DNA of 38,730 bases from an uncultured Desulfobacca sp. (lineage in GTDB: Bacteria > Desulfobacterota > Desulfobaccia > Desulfobaccales > 0-14-0-80-60-11), in contig CAZOCQ010000004.1 in assembly GCA_964578335.1 (NCBI GenBank), positions 1 to 38,730 on the forward strand, written 5' to 3'. Below, in pieces: positions 32,885 to 38,730 of the stretch. The notes beneath the pieces were generated by a model that was not told the DNA's origin, made no database searches, and was given only the letters and a program-made list of their open reading frames with translations. The first letter of the stretch is position 1, and each line of letters starts with the position of its first letter. The translations under genes and the position numbers were made by a program.

Positions 32885-34079
32885 CGGGGTGCCCCTCGGC
32901 CCAGGCTTCCAGGGCCTGAATGCCCGGCAGCTTTTTGCCTTCCAGCAGTTCGATGAAGGCGCCGCCGCCGGTGGAAACATAGGAAAACTTCTGATACTCC
33001 CCGGCCTTGTGCAGGGCGACGTCGGTGTCGCCGCCGCCGACGATGGTCAGGGCGTAGGAATCCGCCACCTTCTGGACCATGGCCATGGTGCCCCGGCTGA
33101 AGGCGTCGTATTCAAAGGCGCCCATGGGGCCGTTCCAGATGATGGTCTTGGCGTTTTGCAGGCACTCGCCGAAAAGGGTCACCGTGGCCGGGCCGATGTC
33201 GGCGATGAGCCAACCGGTGGGCACCTCCTGCACCGGGGTGATCTTGGTTTCGGCGGATTTGCCCAATTTATCCGCCACCACGCAATCCACCGGCAGATAG
33301 AACTTCACCTGTTTTTCCAAAGCCTCGGCCATGATCTCCCGGGCCTCGTCGATGAGAGAGTCCTCCACCAGGGACTGGCCCACGTCATAGCCTTTGGCCT
33401 TGAGGAAGGTGTTGGCCATGGCCCCGCCGATGATCATCTTGTCCACCTTGTGCAGCATGTTCTTCAGAGCGGTGAGCTTGCTGGAGATCTTGGCGCCGCC
33501 GATGAGGGCCGCCAGGGGCCGGGCCGGGTCCTCCATGGATTTGTGGAAATAGTGGACCTCATCCCGCATCAAAAAGCCGGCCACGCAGATGGGGGCGTAA
33601 TGGGTCACCGCCTCCACCGAGGCGTGGGCCCGGTGGGCTACGGCGAAGGCATCGTCCACATAGATGTCCACACCCTTCATCAACTCCCTGGCGAACTCGG
33701 AATCGTTCTTTTCCTCTTCGGCATGATAGCGGAGGTTCTCCAGGAGGAGCACATCCCCCGGCTTCATCTCTTCTTTAAGTTTATCCACTTCCGGACCGAT
33801 ACAATCGGGAGCCAGGACCACCTTTTTATGGAGGCGGTAGGCCAGGCGCCGTGACACCGGGGCCAGGGAAAACTCCTCCGCCCGTTGGCCCTTGGGACGG
33901 CCCATGTGGGAGGCCAGGATCACCTTGGCGTCGCTTTCCAGGCAGTAGTTGATGGTGGGCAGCACCGCCCGGATGCGGGTGTCATCGGTGATGTTGAGGT
34001 TCTGGTCCAGAGGGACGTTGAAATCTACCCGGATAAAGACGGTTTTTCCCTTGATATCCACTTCGTCGATGTATTTCAC
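32877..34079 (-). CDS. pgk: Phosphoglycerate kinase
   Basis: [18 protein letters not shown] and GGGDT...STGGGAFLE-type motifs are present. GTG start with AGGAG SD. Confidence 0.95.
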   Translation of the reverse strand: MKYIDEVDIKGKTVFIRVDFNVPLDQNLNITDDTRIRAVLPTINYCLESDAKVILASHMGRPKGQRAEEFSLAPVSRRLAYRLHKKVVLAPDCIGPEVDKLKEEMKPGDVLLLENLRYHAEEEKNDSEFARELMKGVDIYVDDAFAVAHRAHASVEAVTHYAPICVAGFLMRDEVHYFHKSMEDPARPLAALIGGAKISSKLTALKNMLHKVDKMIIGGAMANTFLKAKGYDVGQSLVEDSLIDEAREIMAEALEKQVKFYLPVDCVVADKLGKSAETKITPVQEVPTGWLIADIGPATVTLFGECLQNAKTIIWNGPMGAFEYDAFSRGTMAMVQKVADSYALTIVGGGDTDVALHKAGEYQKFSYVSTGGGAFIELLEGKKLPGIQALEAWAEGHPDV

Positions 34080-34320
34080 CGGTAACTCCTGTGAGGTCTG
34101 TTTTGAAGGAGGAATTGGCGGGCCGTAAGCACCACCTATCTTTGAAGGGCAAAGTCCTCGGAATCAAATCTTTTGCAGTCGAAAAATCTAAAATCGGCTC
34201 CAGCCCGATTGCCGTCCTTATGTTAATCGGAGTTCACTGGGCCGTCAATATTTTTGTCAACTTTGTGCCGGGAGAGGGTCCACCGAGCGTTTGGGAGCTT
34301 AAGGGCAATTTCCTTTGGGG

Positions 34321-34349
34321 TTGCATTTTCCCTCCGGTTCATTTAATTA
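34321..34349 (+). promoter_or_regulatory. Sigma-70-like promoter TTGCAT-17-TAATTA upstream of mlaE
   Basis: -35 at 34321-34326 and -10 at 34344-34349. ATG 34364 would follow a leader under 10 nt with no SD. Confidence 0.3.
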
Positions 34350-34363
34350 TTACAAGATATTCT

Positions 34364-35134
34364 ATGGCCGCGCTAATTCGCAAGCTGGGTAACCGCGCCC
34401 TGGGGCTGGTGCAGGAGGCCGGGAGCATGGTGCTCTTTCTCTTAGAGGGCCTGGCGCTGGCCTTTGTCCCCCCCTTTCGCCCCCGCCGCATTCTCCAGGA
34501 GGTCCAGCTCATCGGGGTCAAATCGACGCTGATCATTCTGCTCACTGCAGCCTTCACCGGCATGGTGCTGGGCTTGCAGGGCTACTATACCCTGAGGAAA
34601 TACGGCTCGGAAGGCGCCCTGGGTTCGGCGGTGGCCCTGAGCCTCATCCGGGAGATGGGCCCGGTGCTCACCGGCATCATGGTTTCGGCCCGGGCCGGCT
34701 CGGCGGTGACTGCGGAAATCGGCATCATGCGCATCACCGAGCAGTTGGACGCCCTGGACACCATGGCGGTCAACCCCATGCAATACGTGGTGATGCCCAA
34801 GCTCATCGCCGGGCTCATCGCCGTGCCGCTGCTCACCGCCATCTTCGACGTCATGGGCATTTTAGGCGGCTACCTGGTGGGCGTGGTGCTCCTGGGGGTG
34901 AGCCCCGGGGCCTATTTTTCCGGCATGTTGGAAAGCGTGGTGCCCCTGGACGTCAACGGCGGCATCGTCAAATCCCTGGTGTTCGGGCTCACCATCATCC
35001 TGGTGGCCTGCTACAAGGGCTATTATACCGAGCACGGCGCCGAAGGGGTGAGCAAGGCCACCAACCAGACCGTGGTCCTGTCGGCGGTGCTGGTTCTGGC
35101 CTGGGACTATATCCTCACTTCTTTCTTTATGTAG
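34364..35134 (+). CDS. mlaE: MlaE-family ABC transporter permease (lipid asymmetry maintenance)
   Basis: GPVLTGIMVSARAGSAVTAEIGIMRITEQLDALDTMAVNP is the MlaE/YrbE signature. ATG 34364 lies inside ORF 34091..35134. Confidence 0.85.
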   Translation: MAALIRKLGNRALGLVQEAGSMVLFLLEGLALAFVPPFRPRRILQEVQLIGVKSTLIILLTAAFTGMVLGLQGYYTLRKYGSEGALGSAVALSLIREMGPVLTGIMVSARAGSAVTAEIGIMRITEQLDALDTMAVNPMQYVVMPKLIAGLIAVPLLTAIFDVMGILGGYLVGVVLLGVSPGAYFSGMLESVVPLDVNGGIVKSLVFGLTIILVACYKGYYTEHGAEGVSKATNQTVVLSAVLVLAWDYILTSFFM

Positions 35135-35255
35135 CTTTGAGTTTCGAGTTTTTAGATTCTACGTTCCATCAATCTGAGAATTTATCTCTAACAATGGTTA
35201 GGCCGCGGAGATAATATTAATAATATCATCTATCTACAGATGCGGCAGCATTTTA

Positions 35256-35338
35256 TCACCACCAAGACACAAAGACCACCAAGAATTCACCAAGGTTTTC
35301 TTGGTGCGAACTTGGTGCCCTTGGTGCCTTGGTGGTGA
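35256..35338. repeat. Palindromic cluster of CACCAAG / CTTGGTG heptamers (long imperfect hairpin)
   Basis: CACCAAG lies at 35260, 35277 and 35288, plus a degenerate copy. CTTGGTG lies at 35300, 35311, 35320 and 35328. The centre is CACCAAG-gtttt-CTTGGTG, and the ends TCACCACCAAG / CTTGGTGGTGA are complementary. Confidence 0.85.
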
Positions 35339-35390
35339 AATCCTTTCGCAACCTTTGGAGTGAAAATTTCAAATATGTTTGGCTAGTTTT

Positions 35391-35432
35391 TACTGACTAC
35401 TGGCAACTGGCCACTGACCACTGACCACTGAC
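35391..35432. repeat. Six tandem heptamers (NACTGRC), the last three perfect CACTGAC
   Basis: The sequence is tactgac tactggc aactggc cactgac cactgac cactgac. It ends 3 nt before the mlaF ATG at 35436, and no SD is present. Confidence 0.85.
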
Positions 35433-35435
35433 TTT

Positions 35436-36179
35436 ATGATCCAAGTCGTCAATCTGCATAAATATTTTAACGGTCAAATGGTGCTGGACGGCATCAACCT
35501 GACCATTCCCACGGGGGAGATTACCGTGGTCATCGGCAAAAGCGGGGTGGGCAAGAGCGTCCTGCTGAAACATCTCATCGGGCTGTTGAAGCCTGACCGG
35601 GGCCAGGTGCTGGTGAACGGGGTGGACATCGCCACCCTGCGGGGCAAGCGCCTGCAGGAATTTAAGAAGCACTTTGCCGTGCTGTTTCAGGGGGGGGCGT
35701 TGTTCGACTCCCTCAACGTCTTTGAAAACATCGCCTTTCCCCTGCGGGAAAAGACGCGGCTGCCGGAGGCGGAAATCGCCCAGCGGGTGAGATTGCGCCT
35801 GGAGCAGATGCACCTGTCCGCCGAAGTGGAGACCAAGTTTCCCGATGAATTGAGCGGCGGTATGAAAAAAAGGGTGGCCCTGGCCCGGGCCATGATCCAG
35901 GAGCCGGAGATCATCCTCTTCGATGAGCCGGTCACCGGCCTGGACCCGCCCATGACCAACACCGTGTTTCACCTGATCCGGCAGACCCACCAGGCCAGCG
36001 GCTACACGGCCCTGGTGGTGGCCCACGACATCCCGGAGGTCTTTTCCATTGCCGACCACGTGGCCATGCTCCACGGGGGGCGCATCATCGCGCACGGCAC
36101 GCCGGCGGAGATCCAGAATCATGCGGACCCGGTGGTGCAGAGTTTTATCAAAGGCGAAGTCGATTTTCTGGAAGGATAG
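35436..36179 (+). CDS. mlaF: MlaF-type ABC transporter ATP-binding protein
   Basis: Walker A GKSGVGKS, signature LSGGMKKRVALARA and Walker B IILFDEP are present. Confidence 0.9.
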   Translation: MIQVVNLHKYFNGQMVLDGINLTIPTGEITVVIGKSGVGKSVLLKHLIGLLKPDRGQVLVNGVDIATLRGKRLQEFKKHFAVLFQGGALFDSLNVFENIAFPLREKTRLPEAEIAQRVRLRLEQMHLSAEVETKFPDELSGGMKKRVALARAMIQEPEIILFDEPVTGLDPPMTNTVFHLIRQTHQASGYTALVVAHDIPEVFSIADHVAMLHGGRIIAHGTPAEIQNHADPVVQSFIKGEVDFLEG

Positions 36180-36188
36180 GCCGAAATT

Positions 36189-36629
36189 ATGAGAAAAGGC
36201 AATCTGGAGCTGGTGGTGGGTATCTTTGTCCTGGCGGGCCTGGCTTGCCTGGCCTACCTGGCCATCCACCTGGGGAAGATGGAAATTTGGGGCCGCGGCT
36301 ACCAGGTGATGGCCAACTTCGACAACATCTCCGGCCTCAAACAAGGCGCGGCCGTGGAGGTGGCCGGGGTGAACGTGGGCCGGGTGGAGTCCATCCGGCT
36401 GACCCAGGGAGACCGGGCGAAAGTGACCATGAAATTGGAGCCTGACCTAAAGCTGTACGGGGATGCCATCGCCTCCATCCGCACCAAGGGGATTATCGGC
36501 GATAAATTCGTCAAGATCTCACCCGGCAGCGGAGACCAACCCCTGCCGCCGGGAAGCACGATCCGCGATACCGAATCGGCCATCGATTTGGAGGAGCTGC
36601 TCAGCAGCTACATCCACGGGAAGGTTTGA
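36189..36629 (+). CDS. mlaD: MlaD-type MCE-domain protein
   Basis: An N-terminal TM anchor is followed by an MCE-like segment, GLKQGAAVEVAGVNVGRVESI. Confidence 0.85.
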   Translation: MRKGNLELVVGIFVLAGLACLAYLAIHLGKMEIWGRGYQVMANFDNISGLKQGAAVEVAGVNVGRVESIRLTQGDRAKVTMKLEPDLKLYGDAIASIRTKGIIGDKFVKISPGSGDQPLPPGSTIRDTESAIDLEELLSSYIHGKV

Positions 36630-36769
36630 GTGCGGTTGACTACTGAGGCTTGCTCCGGTTAGAATTTATATAATGATCCCGCCGGGACCTTGGCTCGTGG
36701 TGGTTGCGCCAGCGGCTCAGCCCTGCCGGCTTTCTGCGAGCCTGCGGTTCCGGAAAGGAGCAGTTCGTG

Positions 36770-37387
36770 ATGAGATGGATGCCTAAAACCGTTGTCTTGG
36801 CCGCCATTTTCGGCCTGGTCCTGATGGTTCCCGGGGCCTGGGCCATCCAGCCGCCCATGGAGGTGGTCAAGCAAGTCATTGAGAAGGCCTTGGATATTCT
36901 TAATGATCCGGCCCTGGCCGGCCCGGCCCAGAAGCAGCGCCGGCAACAGACGGTGAAACAGCTGGTGGACCGCCATTTCGACTACCGGGAAATGGCCAAG
37001 AGGTCTCTGGGAGCAACCTGGGGTAAACTCAGCGCCGGACAGCGGGATGAGTTTGTCCGCCTGTTTGCCGAACTGTTGGAGGCTTCTTACTCCGATAAAA
37101 TTGACCGCTATGCCAAGAGGGTGCGGGTTGACTATACCGGCCAGAGCCAGGACGGCGACTACGCCGAGGTGCGCACCGTGGTGGTCCGTCCCAATGACCG
37201 GATTCCCCTGTCTTACCGCCTGCTCAATGAGGGCGGCGCCTGGAAGGTCTATGACGTGATCATCGAAGGCGTCAGCCTGGTGAACAACTACCGCTCCCAA
37301 TTCGCCCGGGTGATCAGCGAGTCCTCTTATACCGAACTGGTGCGGCGCCTGCGCACCAAGGTGAACGAGCAGCGGCGCGGGGCGTAG
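36770..37387 (+). CDS. mlaC: MlaC/Ttg2D-type periplasmic lipid-binding protein
   Basis: Signal peptide MRWMPKTVVLAAIFGLVLMVPGAWA. The segments FDYREMAKRSLG..W..L....R.EF...F are typical of MlaC. AAAGGAG lies upstream; GTG 36767 is an alternative start. Confidence 0.8.
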   Translation: MRWMPKTVVLAAIFGLVLMVPGAWAIQPPMEVVKQVIEKALDILNDPALAGPAQKQRRQQTVKQLVDRHFDYREMAKRSLGATWGKLSAGQRDEFVRLFAELLEASYSDKIDRYAKRVRVDYTGQSQDGDYAEVRTVVVRPNDRIPLSYRLLNEGGAWKVYDVIIEGVSLVNNYRSQFARVISESSYTELVRRLRTKVNEQRRGA

Positions 37388-37527
37388 AACGGTCAGCGGT
37401 CAACGCTAATATGGCAGGCGCCACCGCCCGAACCGATCCGGGCCAGTAAAGGCCGGGAGCGCCGGCACGCCCGTCGTTCCTGATCAGGCACATCTCCAGA
37501 AACCTTAAACCGTCCACCTCCCCCGCC

Positions 37528-38730
37528 ATGAACGCCAATTTATCCCAACGGTCCTATCTTACCCTGCTGTACGTCTGCTGCGCCGTGGTCTTCGGCTGCT
37601 ATTTCGGCGCCTACCTGCGTATGCCGGTGGTGCCCCTCTATGCCGTCACCCTGGGGGCGGATACCGTGGAAGTGGGGCTGATCAACGCCGCTTTTCTGCT
37701 CATGGCCGGGTTGCTGTCGCTGCCCCTGGGGATCTTCTCGGACCGGCTGGGGGCCAAGCTGACCGCGGCCAGCGGCATCCTGATTCTATCCGCCTCGTCC
37801 TTCCTGGTTTGCCTCAGTCACAGCCCCCGGCAACTCATTTGGATTTACCTCTTTTCCGGGGTGGGTCTGGCGGCCTTCGGCCCTTCCTTGATGGCCTTTG
37901 TGGCCAACATTTCCCCGCCCACCCACCTGGGCCGCTCCTACGCCTGGTACACCACGGCCATCTACAGCGGCATGACCCTGGGCCCGGCGGTGGGCGGCTT
38001 CCTGGCTCAAGAGACGGGCTTTCCCCTGACCTTCTTCATCTCCGGCCTCAGCATCTTCCTAACCTTCTGGGCCTGCATCTTTTTCCTGCCGGGCAACCCC
38101 AAGCTGGCCGCAGCTCCACGGCGCGCTCAGGCCGGAACCACGGCCGCCATGGTTTGGCAATTGCTGGGTAATCTGCCTCTGCTGGGTTGCTGGCTGGGTA
38201 CCCTGGGGGGCTGCTTCGGACTGGGGCTGTTCATCACCTTCCTGCCGCTGCACGCCCAGGACCGGGGTCTGAGCCTGGGGGAAATCGGCCTGGTCTTCGC
38301 CGCCCAGGGCAGCCTGAATGTTTTGTCCCGCATTCCCTTCGGCCACCTGAGCGACCGGGCGGGCAACCGCGGTCTGCTGGCCATCGCCGGTCTCTTGGGA
38401 GTAGTGGGCTGCATCGCCGGCCTCGGTCTGGCCGGCCGCTTCCTCACCTTCATGCTATGGGCGGCGTTCTTGGGGGTCAGCATGGGCCTGGCCTTCACCT
38501 CCATCGGGGCCCTCACTGCCGAAGCGGCGCCGCCGGAGTTTCGCGGCCTGGCTATGGGCGGCTATAACGCCTCCATCTATCTGGGCATGATGCTGAGTTC
38601 GGCCGCTCTGGGCCCGGTCATCGGCAAGATCGGCTTTGCCGACGGCTTTCTGCTCACCGCCCTGGTCAACCTGATCCTGGTGGCCGGTTTTTATTTCCTG
38701 CTGCGGGGCTTCAAGGCCGCCGGGAAAACC
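37528..38730 (+). CDS. MFS transporter, open at the window end (no stop seen in 401 codons)
   Basis: This ORF is not in the supplied track because it has no stop. I translated it by hand from ATG 37528. The MFS motif-A-like GIFSDRLGAKL and its second-half repeat FGHLSDRAGNRG are present. An in-frame TAA lies at 37447. Confidence 0.8.
   Translation, partial: MNANLSQRSYLTLLYVCCAVVFGCYFGAYLRMPVVPLYAVTLGADTVEVGLINAAFLLMAGLLSLPLGIFSDRLGAKLTAASGILILSASSFLVCLSHSPRQLIWIYLFSGVGLAAFGPSLMAFVANISPPTHLGRSYAWYTTAIYSGMTLGPAVGGFLAQETGFPLTFFISGLSIFLTFWACIFFLPGNPKLAAAPRRAQAGTTAAMVWQLLGNLPLLGCWLGTLGGCFGLGLFITFLPLHAQDRGLSLGEIGLVFAAQGSLNVLSRIPFGHLSDRAGNRGLLAIAGLLGVVGCIAGLGLAGRFLTFMLWAAFLGVSMGLAFTSIGALTAEAAPPEFRGLAMGGYNASIYLGMMLSSAALGPVIGKIGFADGFLLTALVNLILVAGFYFLLRGFKAAGKT

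Noticed and set aside
28652-34363. N-terminally extended versions of ORFs: 28652..29581, 32126..32980, 34091..35134, plus 776..1258 and 36704..37387 outside this range.
   Set aside because: The extensions overlap the neighbouring gene or lack an SD. Internal starts with an SD and family-typical N-termini fit better.
31986-35432. The short tandem repeats considered as a CRISPR array.
   Set aside because: The units are 7 nt and contiguous with no spacers, and there are no cas genes in the window.
3886-36344. Other long antisense ORFs: 3886..5067, 6315..7670, 14660..16066, 16983..17738, 25374..26480, 32745..33854 and 35397..36344.
   Set aside because: Each lies opposite a gene with strong motifs and has a biased, motif-free composition. 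None is supported as coding.

Overview
This is a GC-rich bacterial chromosomal segment. The gene content (HdrA/MvhD, NuoEF-like and FrhB-like redox proteins, three sigma-54 enhancer-binding regulators, an archaemetzincin) suggests an anaerobic Desulfobacterota-type organism, but the taxon is inference only.

Gene order, left to right:
- 204-620: a small HExxH zinc-ribbon protein.
- 776-5340, minus strand: an operon of two long paralogous family III CoA-transferase subunits plus four tightly packed small orphan proteins. It sits behind a ~330-nt structured leader and downstream of an 894-aa multi-PAS/GAF sigma-54 activator (5895-8579).
- 8716-9639: three small orphan ORFs, followed by a nested inverted-repeat element.
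- 9853-16473, minus strand: a five-gene redox operon (NuoE-like, NuoF-like, 2Fe-2S/4Fe-4S protein, HdrA-MvhD fusion, FrhB-like). It has a near-consensus sigma-54 promoter, an IHF-like site and three upstream repeats, next to a PAS sigma-54 activator (16881-18284).
- 18833-19747: a divergent Cys-rich GcvH-like protein.
- 19787-23317: an archaemetzincin downstream of a PAS histidine kinase / NtrC-type response regulator pair.
- 23966-30690: a tandem USP protein, an ArsB/NhaD-type permease, an APC permease and TrkA/TrkH.
- 30838-31335: a frameshifted, truncated trkA pseudogene fused to a tyrosine-integrase C-terminal remnant, beside phased GTGGGC repeats.
- 31489-34079: tRNA-Leu(GAG), secG, tpiA and pgk.
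- 34364-37387: an mlaE/F/D/C cluster interrupted by a repeat-rich 300-bp spacer.
- 37528-38730: an MFS transporter, open at the window end.

No CRISPR array, rRNA or intact mobile element was seen. The best candidates for something undescribed are the CoA-transferase plus orphan-protein operon, the HdrB/C-less NuoEF-HdrA/MvhD-FrhB module, and the Cys-rich GcvH-like protein that appears to lack the lipoyl lysine. All family calls come from motif recognition by eye; no searches were run.
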